Below, piece after piece: positions 1 through 8,842 of a stretch of 64,000 nucleotides of DNA (the stretch's first letter is position 1; every line of letters begins with the position of its first letter). A model generated the notes under the pieces. It was not told where the DNA came from, did no database searches, and saw only the letters and a list, made by a program, of their open reading frames with translations. Source of the DNA: an uncultured beta proteobacterium (lineage in GTDB: Bacteria > Pseudomonadota > Gammaproteobacteria > Burkholderiales > SG8-41); NCBI GenBank assembly GCA_903889565.1, contig CAISYC010000018.1, positions 18,712 to 82,711 of the forward strand. The letters run 5' to 3'. Both the position numbers and the translations under genes were made by a program.

Positions 1-564
1 ACGCTGGGTTTTCTGTGCCGCTGACATTTCGATTTCGAAGGCGTTGAGCGGCAGCGCGATCATCGCGAAATACCCGAGCGTGACGACGAGTTCGACCACG
101 CCGCGAGCGCCGAAATGTTCGAGCGCAGCCTTGAAGGTTCTGTCGCTGACGCGGTGGTTGCCTGAAATCAGCTGCATGCAGAAGTCGCTGATCAGCGCAT
201 CTTCGGCGGTGAGGTTTTGCGGCGCGCGGTTTTCGCGGATCGCGTCGACGGTGTCCTGCGGCACCCCGGCCTCGAGCGCCCAGTTGACCCAGGCGCTCCA
301 TTCATAGGGCGCGTTGAGCGCGCGCGAGCCGATCAGCGAGGCAAAGCCGCGCACCCGCATCGACAGGATCGATTCGTCGGCCTGACCGCGCGAATGAAAG
401 TAATGGCCGAGATGGGCGAAGCGCGCCGCGAGATCCGGGCTGCTGTTCATCAGCACGATGAAGGGGCCGCTGATCGGGCGGCGCCGGATCGCTTTCACCG
501 CGTCGTGAAAACGTCGCTGGTCGGCGGGCAGCGCATCGCGCTCAACGGTTTCAAGTCTGCTCAC
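1..564 (-). CDS. carboxymuconolactone decarboxylase (AhpD-like) family protein; C-terminus runs off the left edge
   Basis: Not in the ORF track because no stop lies inside the window. My translation of the minus strand from GTG at 562-564 (AAGGAG at 571-576, 6 nt spacer) gives VSRLETVERDALPADQRRFHDAVKAIRRRPISGPFIVLMNSSPDLAARFAHLGHYFHSRG...APYEWSAWVNWALEAGVPQDTVDAIRENR...VELVVTLGYFAMIALPLNAFEIEM. It is open to position 1. The pattern resembles CMD/AhpD-like proteins. Confidence 0.55.
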   Translation of the reverse strand, partial: MSRLETVERDALPADQRRFHDAVKAIRRRPISGPFIVLMNSSPDLAARFAHLGHYFHSRGQADESILSMRVRGFASLIGSRALNAPYEWSAWVNWALEAGVPQDTVDAIRENRAPQNLTAEDALISDFCMQLISGNHRVSDRTFKAALEHFGARGVVELVVTLGYFAMIALPLNAFEIEMSAAQKTQR

Positions 565-737
565 GCAAAACTCCTTAAGTCCATTGCCGCAGATTATAGC
601 GGTTGGGTCATGCGCGGCCGTTGCGCGCCCGCTTGATTGCCGCCGCGATGGAAGGGTTTCCGCAATGCATTCGATACGTGATAATGCGGATGGTGCCGGC
701 AGCGGATTCCGTTGTACGTGCTCGAGGAGAATTCCGT

Positions 738-1688
738 TTGAAAAAAAGCACGGCCCTTTCGATGGCGGCGGGCGTATGGATGCTGGCAGGCGCGCAGATC
801 GCGTCGGCGCAGTCGTATCCGAACACGCATCTTCGCATCATCACGGCGGCGGCCGGCGGCGGCAGCGACTTTGCGACGCGCCTGATCGCGGGGCCGCTCG
901 GTGCCGCGCTGGGCCAGCAGGTCATTGTCGAAAATCGCGGCTTGCTGGCGGCGGATATTGCGGCCAAGGCGCCTGCCGACGGTTACACGCTGTTGCTGAG
1001 CGGCCAGACGCTGTGGCTGCTGCCGTTCATGCGCGAAAATGTTGCGTCAAACGTCGGCGATTTCGCACCGGTGACGACGGCGACGGAGACCTTCAATATT
1101 CTGGTCGTGCATCCGACGGTGCCGGCCGCGTCGGTGAGGGCGCTGATCGATCTGGCGCGCGCGCGGCCGGACGCGCTCAATTTCGCCACCTCGGGCAACG
1201 GCAATTCCGTGCATATCGCCGGCGAACTGTTCAAAGCGATGGCCGGCATCAGAGTGCTGCGCATCAATTACAAGGGCGCTTCGCAGGCGCTGACGGAATT
1301 GATTGCGGGGCAGACGCAATTCATGTTTGGCGTGCCGGGCTCGGTCATGGCGCATATCAAGGGCGGCCGCCTGCGCGCGCTGGCGATCACCTCGGCGCGG
1401 CCGTCGGCGCTGATGCCGGGCCTGCCGACCGTCGCGCAGGCGCTGCCGGGTTACGAGGCCGTTTCGCGGCTTGCCGTGTTCGCGCCGGCGGGCACGCCGG
1501 CGGCGATCATCATGCGACTCAATCGGGAACTCGTGCGCGTATTGAATCTGCCGGAGGTCAAACAGAAATTTCACGAATCGCAGATCGAAGTAGTCGGTGA
1601 TACGCCCGAAGCGCTGGCCGCGCTGATCAACGCCGAGATCGCGACCACCGCGAAGGTGATCAGGGACGCCGGCATCCGCGCCGAGTGA
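738..1688 (+). CDS. Bug/TctC-family periplasmic solute-binding protein (tripartite tricarboxylate transporter receptor family)
   Basis: ORF 603..1688. Preferred start is TTG 738 (GAGGAGA at 724-730), giving signal peptide LKKSTALSMAAGVWMLAGAQIASA. Family motifs: QSYPNTHLRIITAAAGGGSDF, PADGYTLLLSG, INYKGASQAL, LPGYEAV. ATG 684 is an alternative start. Confidence 0.9.
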   Translation: MKKSTALSMAAGVWMLAGAQIASAQSYPNTHLRIITAAAGGGSDFATRLIAGPLGAALGQQVIVENRGLLAADIAAKAPADGYTLLLSGQTLWLLPFMRENVASNVGDFAPVTTATETFNILVVHPTVPAASVRALIDLARARPDALNFATSGNGNSVHIAGELFKAMAGIRVLRINYKGASQALTELIAGQTQFMFGVPGSVMAHIKGGRLRALAITSARPSALMPGLPTVAQALPGYEAVSRLAVFAPAGTPAAIIMRLNRELVRVLNLPEVKQKFHESQIEVVGDTPEALAALINAEIATTAKVIRDAGIRAE

Positions 1689-1772
1689 ACGCAGGCAATG
1701 TGAACACCGGCTGCGAATGTCCGGCTGCTGCCTGTTGTATATTCAGGCTTCATTTCAGAGAGGAGAATGCGC

Positions 1773-2066
1773 ATGGCCAAAGGCTACTGGATCAATTGTT
1801 TCCGTTCTATCAAGGACGCTGCCAAGGTTGACGCTTATCGCAAACTCGCGGGGCCGGTGATGGAAGCGACCGGCGCGAAGTTTCTGGTGCGCGGCGATCC
1901 GGCGAAGGTTTATGAGGCGGGCATCGTCGGACGCGTCGTCGTCATCGAATTTCCGAGCGTGGAGGCGGCGGTGGCCGCCCACGACAGCCCCGGCTATCAG
2001 GCCGCGCTGAAAGCACTGGGCGACGGCGCCGAACGCGATCTGCGCATCGTCGAGGGGCTGGCCTGA
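1773..2066 (+). CDS. DUF1330 domain protein
   Basis: ORF 1767..2066. ATG 1773 has better spacing to GAGGAG. MAKGYWINCFRSIKDAAKVDAYRKLAGPVMEATGAKFLVRGDPAKVYEAGIVGRVVVIEFPSVEAAVAAHDSPGYQAALKAL is typical of ~95-aa DUF1330 proteins. Confidence 0.75.
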   Translation: MAKGYWINCFRSIKDAAKVDAYRKLAGPVMEATGAKFLVRGDPAKVYEAGIVGRVVVIEFPSVEAAVAAHDSPGYQAALKALGDGAERDLRIVEGLA

Positions 2067-2083
2067 GCCGGTAAAACCGTGTT

Positions 2084-2119
2084 TGCGCGGAACGGCGGCA
2101 CCGGCCGTCGGTCCGCGCA
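2084..2119. terminator. GC-rich hairpin between convergent genes (possible bidirectional terminator)
   Basis: TGCGCGGA (2084-2091) pairs with TCCGCGCA (2112-2119), with inner CGGC/GCCG pairing. It sits between the DUF1330 stop (2066) and the GlcG-like stop (2125). There is no clear U-tract on either strand. Confidence 0.3.
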
Positions 2120-2124
2120 GGGTG

Positions 2125-2625
2125 TTACTTCAGTTGGTCGGCGATCTTGTCGAGGCCGGCCTTGACGCAGGCTTCGTCCTTGTCGCCGCCGGGTGCGCCC
2201 GAGGCGCCGATGCCGCCGATGGTGTCGTCGCCGACCTTGATCGGCAGACCGCCCTGATTGGCAATGATGTTGCTCAGATGGATCAGCGGAAAGGTCGGAT
2301 CGTTTTTCAGGCGCGTGACGATTTCACCCGAAGGAACGCGGAAGGTGCGTGCCGTGTAGGCCTTGCGCAGGCTGTTCTCGAAGGCGTGCGGGCTGGTGTT
2401 GTCGCCGCGCACCTGCAGTATGACCTCGCCGCTGCGGCCGACCACCGTGACCGAAACGGCGTAGCCGTTCGCCTTGCAGGATGCGAGCGCCGTTTCCGCC
2501 ATGGTCATGGCCATGCCTGCGGTCAGATCCTTGTGTTGCAGCAATTGGGCGCTTGCCGGCTGGGCCATTGCGACGAGCCCGAGGCCAGCAAGCAAAATCC
2601 CGGTCATTTTCTTGTTTGATGACAT
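2125..2625 (-). CDS. GlcG/HbpS-like (DUF336) heme-binding-family protein, secreted
   Basis: ORF 2125..2673. Start ATG 2625 is preceded by GGAGGA (2631-2636). Signal peptide MSSNKKMTGILLAGLGLVAMAQPASA. C-terminal GGLPIKVGDDTIGGIGASGAPGGDKDEACVKAG is the DUF336/GlcG signature. Confidence 0.8.
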   Translation of the reverse strand: MSSNKKMTGILLAGLGLVAMAQPASAQLLQHKDLTAGMAMTMAETALASCKANGYAVSVTVVGRSGEVILQVRGDNTSPHAFENSLRKAYTARTFRVPSGEIVTRLKNDPTFPLIHLSNIIANQGGLPIKVGDDTIGGIGASGAPGGDKDEACVKAGLDKIADQLK

Positions 2626-2700
2626 TGTCTTCCTCCGTGGTGTGAGTCCGCCGGCCGGCGGACCCTGCGACAAAACTATACAGCATCGCGCGGCGCGCCT

Positions 2701-3669
2701 TCAGTCGGCGCGCATGCCGGTGGCCTTTGCGACCTTGATCCATTTTGCCGACTGTGCGGCGAGAAACGCGCCGAACTGTTCGGGCGTCTGCGTTTCGAGA
2801 TCGGTGCCCTGCGCCAGCGCGCGGTTTTTGACGTCGGGATTTTCGGCGATGCGGTTGAGTTCGCGGTTGAGCAGCGCGACGACTGCGCGCGGCGTGCCGC
2901 GCGGCGCGAGGATACCGTTCCATGCGCTGACATCGAAACCGGGCAGGCCGGATTCCGCGACCGTCGGCAGTTCGGGCAGGGCGGCGGAACGCCTGCGGCT
3001 GCCGATGGCGATGCCGCGCAGACGCCCGCTCTGGATCAGCGGCACGCAGGGCGGTACCGTCAGGAAGGCAAGCTGCGCCTCGCCTGCAATCAATGCGGTC
3101 AATGCGGCGGCCGTGCCTTTATACGGCACATGCGTGATCGGTGCGCCCGTCATCAGCTTGAACAATTCACCGGCGAGGTGGGCGGTGGCGCCGGTGGTGC
3201 CGCCGGCGTAGTTCAGACCGCCCGCGCGCGCTTTGGCCAGCGCGATCAGTTCGGTCACGGTTTTCGCCGGCAGGTTGATGTTGGTCACCAGCACGCTGCC
3301 GGTAAGACCGGTCAGTGCGACCGGCGTGAAATCGCGCACCGGATCGAACGAGAGGTTTGCATGCAGCGTCGACATCAGCGAGTGGCTCAGATTGGCGAGC
3401 AGCAGCGTGTAGCCGTCGGGCGCCGCGCGCGCAACTGTCTCGCCGGCGATGACGCCGCCGCCGCCGGGTTTGTTATCGACCACCACGGGCTGAGCGAAAT
3501 GGTCGGCGAGGCGCTGGCTGAAAGCGCGCGCCAATGCGTCGGTGGTGCCGCCGGGCGCGGAGACGACGACCAGGCGCACCGGCTTTGCCGGATAATTCTG
3601 CGCGGCGGATGCGGCCGGCACGCCGATCGCCAGTACGATCGCGAGCAGATTCGATGCTAAAGGCCGCAT
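2701..3669 (-). CDS. Bug/TctC-family periplasmic solute-binding protein
   Basis: 322 aa. Signal peptide MRPLASNLLAIVLAIGVPAASAAQ, then NYPAKPVRLVVVSAPGGTTD, PDGYTLLL, VPYKGTAAAL, GLPGFD. Confidence 0.92.
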   Translation of the reverse strand: MRPLASNLLAIVLAIGVPAASAAQNYPAKPVRLVVVSAPGGTTDALARAFSQRLADHFAQPVVVDNKPGGGGVIAGETVARAAPDGYTLLLANLSHSLMSTLHANLSFDPVRDFTPVALTGLTGSVLVTNINLPAKTVTELIALAKARAGGLNYAGGTTGATAHLAGELFKLMTGAPITHVPYKGTAAALTALIAGEAQLAFLTVPPCVPLIQSGRLRGIAIGSRRRSAALPELPTVAESGLPGFDVSAWNGILAPRGTPRAVVALLNRELNRIAENPDVKNRALAQGTDLETQTPEQFGAFLAAQSAKWIKVAKATGMRAD

Positions 3670-3690
3670 TATTGCCGCCCTCCGCGCCGA

Positions 3691-4182
3691 TCAAAGCAGT
3701 GATTCATCGATATCGTCGAAGTGCACGAGGTGACGCCGGCCGTCGAACTTGTAGCCGCGTTTGCGGCTGCGCGGGTATTCGGTGATGTCGATCGGCTTGC
3801 GCGTGCCGCCCAGCAGATAGACCAGTTCCTGTTTGTGCGGATTGGTCATGCCGTGCGGCAGGGATTTTTTGGTAAAGCCCATGAAATAGCCGGGGCCGAC
3901 CTTGATTTTGCGGTTGCCGATTTCGGCGATGCCATGGCCGGACAGGATGTAGACGAACTCCTCGTCGCAAAAGTGCGTGTGGATTTCGGTGCTGTCGTCG
4001 CCCTGCTGGAGGCGCACGAGATGCACGCCCATGTCGGACATGCCGACCGCATCGCCGAGCGATTTGTTCAGGCGCAACACGTTTTTGTTGACGAAATGAC
4101 TGCGCCGCTCGACCGGCATGCGTTTGATCGCGGCCGCGGTCAGCAATGGGAATGGTTTTGCTTTCGCTTTGGCCTTGGGCAT
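3691..4182 (-). CDS. cupin domain protein
   Basis: ORF 3691..4284. Likely start is ATG 4182 (GAGGAA upstream). Cupin core: GVHLVRLQQGDDSTEIHTHFCDEEFVYILSGHGIAEIGNRKIKVGPGYFMGF. Confidence 0.75.
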   Translation of the reverse strand: MPKAKAKAKPFPLLTAAAIKRMPVERRSHFVNKNVLRLNKSLGDAVGMSDMGVHLVRLQQGDDSTEIHTHFCDEEFVYILSGHGIAEIGNRKIKVGPGYFMGFTKKSLPHGMTNPHKQELVYLLGGTRKPIDITEYPRSRKRGYKFDGRRHLVHFDDIDESLL

Positions 4183-4301
4183 GAGAGGGTTCCTCGCGGG
4201 CGACGGATTGACAGCCGACATCATACATTTTGTTGCCGCGCCGGATGGCCAGCGGCAGGGGGCGGGACTAAAATAGCCGCGCAATCCAAGAGGGGTGCCG
4301 C

Positions 4302-4613
4302 ATGCAATTCATGGTCCGCATCGTCGTCCGCCTGCCGGGCGACTGGCCGAAAGAGAAAGTCGATGAACTCGCCGCCCGCGAAACCGCGCGCGGCATGCAA
4401 TGCATCAGGGACGGCAAGCTGAAACGCATTTTCCGCATCGTCGGCCAGCGCGCCAATTTCAGCGTCTGGGAGGCCGACAGCCCTGAAGACCTGCATGCGA
4501 CCCTGCTGTCGCTGCCGATGCACCCGTTCTTCGAAATCGAGGTGACGCCGATTATCGAGCACAGCACGACGCAGGCGTGGAACGCCGCCCACGGCGCAAT
4601 GCCGCCGTTCTGA
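4302..4613 (+). CDS. muconolactone delta-isomerase-like family protein
   Basis: 103 aa. MQFMVRIVVRLPGDWPKEKVDELAARETARGMQCIRDGKLKRIFRIVGQRANFSVWEADSPEDLHATLLSLPMHPFFEIEVTPI matches the ferredoxin-like MIase family pattern in length and in the N-terminal M-x-F-x-V-x-h and PDxxxxxxxE segments. Confidence 0.7.
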   Translation: MQFMVRIVVRLPGDWPKEKVDELAARETARGMQCIRDGKLKRIFRIVGQRANFSVWEADSPEDLHATLLSLPMHPFFEIEVTPIIEHSTTQAWNAAHGAMPPF

Positions 4614-4615
4614 GC

Positions 4616-5140
4616 ATGCCCGCGTCCCTGAAAATGCTGTTCTGTGCGCTGCTGCTGCTCGCTGGCAGCGCGCAGGCGCGCGTGCCGGACGGCTGGCCGT
4701 TTGTCGAATACAACGAGGCAGTGCGCATCGCGAAGCAGACCCGCAAGCCGCTGTTCGTCTATTTCGGTTTCGAAACCTGCCCCTATTGCGCATGGCTCAA
4801 TGAACACACGCTGTCTTTCGGTACGCTGCGCAGCCGCTACAGCGAGCATTACGTGCTCGCCTACTTCGACATACGCGGCAATCCGGCGGACGTAATGACG
4901 CTGCCCGACGGCGAGCAGATGACGCGCGGCCAGGCGATCCGCCGTCTCAAGGGCAGCCCGGTGCCGGCGTGGGCATTTGTTGCGCCCGACGGCCGCGAGA
5001 TCCTGATGCGGCGCGGTTCGCGCACCAGGGTTGATGCTTTCATGAAATTCGACCAGTATGTCATGAGCGGCACCTGGCCGCAGACCAGCTTCGAGGATTA
5101 TCTTGCGCAGCGCGGGTTGCGCGAGGATAAAGTCGAATAA
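4616..5140 (+). CDS. secreted thioredoxin-fold protein with a CPYC motif
   Basis: ORF 4577..5140. ATG 4616 lies 3 nt after the previous stop. Signal peptide MPASLKMLFCALLLLAGSAQA. PLFVYFGFETCPYCAWLN is a thioredoxin-like CxxC context. Confidence 0.7.
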   Translation: MPASLKMLFCALLLLAGSAQARVPDGWPFVEYNEAVRIAKQTRKPLFVYFGFETCPYCAWLNEHTLSFGTLRSRYSEHYVLAYFDIRGNPADVMTLPDGEQMTRGQAIRRLKGSPVPAWAFVAPDGREILMRRGSRTRVDAFMKFDQYVMSGTWPQTSFEDYLAQRGLREDKVE

Positions 5141-5197
5141 GCGCGCCGGTGCACAAGGCGCGACCAAAAAACGTTTCAACCAATGGGGGGTAACACC

Positions 5198-6142
5198 ATG
5201 AATGCAACGCTACGCACGGCGGCCGCCGTCATTGCCGCCTCGGTACTGGGCATGGTTTCAATGCCGTCGCAGGCACAGGCGCCGCAGCCGCTGCCGCTGA
5301 TCAAGGAGGGCGCCACGGTGAAAGTGTCCGAACACGTGTGGGTGATTCCCGACGGCGGCGTGCCGGTGGTGCCGGATGTGGGCATCATCGTCGGCAGCCG
5401 CGCGACCATGATCATCGACACCGGTCTCGGCATCCGCAACGGCGAGGCGGTGCTGCGCGAACTGGCCAAGGTCAGCACCAACAAGGACGTCTATGTGGCG
5501 ACCACGCATTTTCACGCCGAGCACACCACCGGCGGCGTGGCCTTTCCGCCGAACTTCAAGTTCGTGCGTCCGATCGCGCAGCAGAAGGACGTCCAGGAAT
5601 TCGGCAGCTCGTTCTTCGCCATGTTTGAAAAACGTTCGCCGGAATTCGCCGAATTGATGAAAGGCTCGACCTATCCGAGCGCGGACATCATGTTCGAACG
5701 CGACTACTCGGTCGATCTCGGCGGCGTGCGCGTGCAACTGACCTGGCTGGGACCGACGCACACGCGCGGGGACACCGCGATATTCGTCGAAGGTGACCGC
5801 GTGCTGTTCTCGGGCGATCTGGCGATGAAGCAGCTGTTCCCGGCATTCGCCAGTCCGTATTCCGACGGCGTCGTATGGCTCGCCAGCCTGGACACGCTGG
5901 CTGCGATGCAACCCAAAGTGGTGGTCGGCAGCCACGGCGGCATCGGCGACGCGTCGCTGATCAGCAGCTATCGCGACATCCTCAAGACCGTACAGGCGCG
6001 CACCCGCGAACTCAAGGCGCAGGGCAAGTCGGAGGAGGAGATCGGCAAGCTGCTGACGGACGAAATGGCGGCGAAATATCCGGACTGGGTGGCGCCCATT
6101 CGAATTCCCGGCGCGGTGACCGCGTTTTACAAGCTGCCCTAG
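5198..6142 (+). CDS. secreted MBL-fold metallo-hydrolase with motif HFHAEH
   Basis: ORF 5183..6142. Signal peptide MNATLRTAAAVIAASVLGMVSMPSQAQA. VGIIVGSRATMIIDTGLG ... ATTHFHAEHTTGG (5507-5524) ... TWLGPTHTRGD ... LFSGDL ... VVGSHGG. Paralog of 9505..10464. Confidence 0.85.
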   Translation: MNATLRTAAAVIAASVLGMVSMPSQAQAPQPLPLIKEGATVKVSEHVWVIPDGGVPVVPDVGIIVGSRATMIIDTGLGIRNGEAVLRELAKVSTNKDVYVATTHFHAEHTTGGVAFPPNFKFVRPIAQQKDVQEFGSSFFAMFEKRSPEFAELMKGSTYPSADIMFERDYSVDLGGVRVQLTWLGPTHTRGDTAIFVEGDRVLFSGDLAMKQLFPAFASPYSDGVVWLASLDTLAAMQPKVVVGSHGGIGDASLISSYRDILKTVQARTRELKAQGKSEEEIGKLLTDEMAAKYPDWVAPIRIPGAVTAFYKLP

Positions 6143-6167
6143 CATCCGCTTGCATCGCGACTTCAAG

Positions 6168-6199
6168 CCGGCGCGTTGATCACGCGCCGGTTTGCTTTT
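6168..6199 (+). terminator. rho-independent terminator
   Basis: CCGGCGCG (6168-6175) and CGCGCCGG (6183-6190) form a perfect 8-bp stem with a 7-nt loop. It is followed by TTTGCTTTT (6191-6199), 26 nt after the MBL stop. Confidence 0.65.
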
Positions 6200-6348
6200 G
6201 CGCCTGCGGATATTACTTTGCCGCGAACTATGCGGCATTGGCTGCTGCGCCGCCGTCGCGGATGTGACTTTCATCCGCATCTTGCCGGCGCCCGTAGCGC
6301 GGCGGCGGTAAGATGCGGGTTCGTTGGAAACGGGAGGATAAGCGAAAC

Positions 6349-7146
6349 ATGGATCTCAATCTCAAAGGACGCAATGCCGTCGTCACCGGTGCGAGCCGCG
6401 GCATCGGCCGCGCAATTGCACTGGCGCTTGCCGCCGAGGGCGTCAATCTGGGTCTGTTCGGCCGCGACACCGGGCTTTGCGAAAAACTTGCCGGCGAACT
6501 GCGCGCAAAATTTCCGGGCATCAAGGCGGTGGTTGTTCCGCTCGATCTGGAAAAAGGCACAGTTGCGGTGAAACCCGCGGTCGAGGCGGCGGCAAAGGCG
6601 CTGGGCGGTATCGACATTCTGGTCAACTGCGCCGGCGGTGCCTACCGCGGGCGCCTCAATGAAATTCCGGACGAATCCTGGGAACGCTACTTCGCGGTCA
6701 AGCCGCTGGGCCTCATCCGCATGACGCGCGAGGCTTTGCCGTACCTCAAGCAATCGCCGCAGGCGCGCATCATCAATATCTCCGGCACGCGCGGACGCGA
6801 GCCGGGCGGCGTGTCGGTGATGTCGGGGCCGATCAACCTCGGCACGCTGTCGATCACCAAGGCGCTGGCCAACGAGTTCGGCCCGCACGGAATCACCGTC
6901 AATGCGATCTGCCCGGGCTCGACCGATACCGGCCGCTGGACCGAACTCGTCGAGATCACCGCGCGTGAAAAGAAGCTGTCGATCGAGGCGGCGACCAAAC
7001 ATCTGGTCGCCGACGTGCCGATGGGGCGCGTGGTCGTTCCTGAAGACATCGCGAATCTGGCGGTCTATCTGGCGTCAAAGCAGGCCGGTATGATCACGGG
7101 CACCGCAATCAACGTCGATGGCGGACGCACGCGCGGCATCCCGTGA
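6349..7146 (+). CDS. short-chain dehydrogenase/reductase (SDR) fold protein, atypical active-site region
   Basis: ORF 6313..7146. ATG 6349 follows GGGAGGA. Motifs: KGRNAVVTGASRGIGRAIALALA, NCAGG, ITVNAICPG. There is no Tyr at the YxxxK position (SGPIN at 6823-6837). Confidence 0.8.
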   Translation: MDLNLKGRNAVVTGASRGIGRAIALALAAEGVNLGLFGRDTGLCEKLAGELRAKFPGIKAVVVPLDLEKGTVAVKPAVEAAAKALGGIDILVNCAGGAYRGRLNEIPDESWERYFAVKPLGLIRMTREALPYLKQSPQARIINISGTRGREPGGVSVMSGPINLGTLSITKALANEFGPHGITVNAICPGSTDTGRWTELVEITAREKKLSIEAATKHLVADVPMGRVVVPEDIANLAVYLASKQAGMITGTAINVDGGRTRGIP

Positions 7147-7173
7147 CAATCGCCTGAGCGTTTGCGCGTAACA

Positions 7174-8154
7174 ATGTTCCGCAATCTGCCGCACTACCCC
7201 TGTTGTCGGCTCGCAGCGGTCCTGTTGCTCGGCGCCGGAAGCGCCGCCGTCGCGCAGGATTATCCGGCGAAGACGATCCGTTTGATCGTGCCGCTGGCCC
7301 CCGGCGGCGGCAACGACACCGCCGCGCGCGTGGTCGGCCGCAAACTCGGCGAAGCCTTGGGCCAATCGGTGGTGGTTGACAACCGGCCCGGCGGCGGCAG
7401 CGTGATCGCTTCTGAAATTGTCGCCCACGCGCCGGCCGACGGTCACACGCTGTATCTGTTCAGCACCAACGTGACGGTGGCGCCGGCGCTGCAGAAAAAT
7501 CTGACTTTTGACACGGTCCGCGATTTTGCGCCGATCACGCGCCTGACCATCGCGCCCGGCGCATTGATCGTGCATCCGTCGTTGCCTGTGAATTCGGTGA
7601 AGGATCTGATCGCGCTCGCGCGCGCGAAGCCCGGCCGGGTCAGCTTTGGCTCGGCCGGCCTGGGCAGCGGCTCGCATCTCGGCGGCGAGCTCTTCAACAT
7701 GCTGGCCGGCGTCAAGCTTCTGCATGTGCCGTACAAAGGCAGCGCGCTGGCGACTGCATCGGTACTCGGCGGCGAAACCTCGGTCGCCTTCACCAATCCG
7801 ATTGGTTCGCTGCCGCATATCAAGGCCGGCCGCCTGCGCATGATTGCAGTGACCACTGCGCAGCGCTGGCCGCTGCTGCCCGATCTGCCGACGATTGCCG
7901 AATCCGGCGTGCCCGGCTACGAGATCATGATCTGGAACGGGCTGGCGGCGCCGGCGGCAACGCCGCAGCCCGTGCTCGAGCGGCTGCATCGCGAATTGAT
8001 GCGCATACTCGCGATGCCCGATGTGAACGAACTGCTCGCCGCCGACGGGGCGCGTACTTATCCCGAAACGCCGCAGGCCTTCGCGGCCTTTATCAAACAT
8101 GAAGTCGAAAAATGGATCAAGGTGATTGCGCAGGCGCGCATTACCGCAAACTGA
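7174..8154 (+). CDS. Bug/TctC-family periplasmic solute-binding protein
   Basis: ORF 7162..8154. MFRNLPHYPCCRLAAVLLLGAGSAAVAQDYPAKTIRLIVPLAPGGGNDT, PADGHTLYL, VPYKGSALA, GVPGYE. Confidence 0.92.
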   Translation: MFRNLPHYPCCRLAAVLLLGAGSAAVAQDYPAKTIRLIVPLAPGGGNDTAARVVGRKLGEALGQSVVVDNRPGGGSVIASEIVAHAPADGHTLYLFSTNVTVAPALQKNLTFDTVRDFAPITRLTIAPGALIVHPSLPVNSVKDLIALARAKPGRVSFGSAGLGSGSHLGGELFNMLAGVKLLHVPYKGSALATASVLGGETSVAFTNPIGSLPHIKAGRLRMIAVTTAQRWPLLPDLPTIAESGVPGYEIMIWNGLAAPAATPQPVLERLHRELMRILAMPDVNELLAADGARTYPETPQAFAAFIKHEVEKWIKVIAQARITAN

Positions 8155-8176
8155 AACCGGAAACGGGAGATCAACG

Positions 8177-8791
8177 ATGAAATTATTCGGCACACCGGGC
8201 AGTCCGTTCGTGCGCAAGGCGCGTCTGGCGCTGGAAGAAAAGGGCGTCGACTACGAATACGTGCTGGCGCCGCGCGAGACGCGGGCGGCGCTGGTGTTTC
8301 CGCTCAATCCGCTCGGCAAGATTCCGGTCCTGCAGCGCGATGACGGGCAGGCGGTGTTCGACTCGCCGGTGATCGTCGAGTACGTCGATGGCCTCAAACC
8401 GGAGCCGCGCCTGATTCCGGCGGCATTCGAGGACCGCATCGCGGTCAAGCGCTGGGAGGCGCTGGGCGACGGCATCGCCGAAGCGACGGTGCTGATCACG
8501 CACGATCTGCGCGAGCCTGCGGACCGGCGCCAGCCGGAAAAATGGTACGAAGCGCAACGCGGAAAGATTCGCCGCGGGCTCGCCATGATGGAGCGCGAAC
8601 TCGGCGACGGCGCGTTCTGTTACGGTAACGCGTTCACGCTCGCCGATATCGCCGCAGGTTATGCGCTCGGCTATCTCGACGCGGGCATACCCGGTTGCAA
8701 TTGGCGCGCGGCGAGTCCGCGGCTCGCGCGGCATTACGACAAACTGGTCAAGCGCGTATCGTTCATAAAGACCGACCCGGCGACAACGTAG
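8177..8791 (+). CDS. glutathione S-transferase family protein
   Basis: ORF 8126..8791. ATG 8177 follows GGGAGA. MKLFGTPGSPFVRKARLALEEKGVDYEYV...GKIPVLQRDDGQAVFDSPVIVEYV is a GST N-terminal thioredoxin-like domain. C-terminal helical domain includes TLADIAAGYALGYL. Confidence 0.85.
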   Translation: MKLFGTPGSPFVRKARLALEEKGVDYEYVLAPRETRAALVFPLNPLGKIPVLQRDDGQAVFDSPVIVEYVDGLKPEPRLIPAAFEDRIAVKRWEALGDGIAEATVLITHDLREPADRRQPEKWYEAQRGKIRRGLAMMERELGDGAFCYGNAFTLADIAAGYALGYLDAGIPGCNWRAASPRLARHYDKLVKRVSFIKTDPATT

Positions 8792-8842
8792 CGGCGCGGG
8801 ACTGATTGCGAGGGCGCCCGGCGGCGGTCGCTCTCCCGGCGT

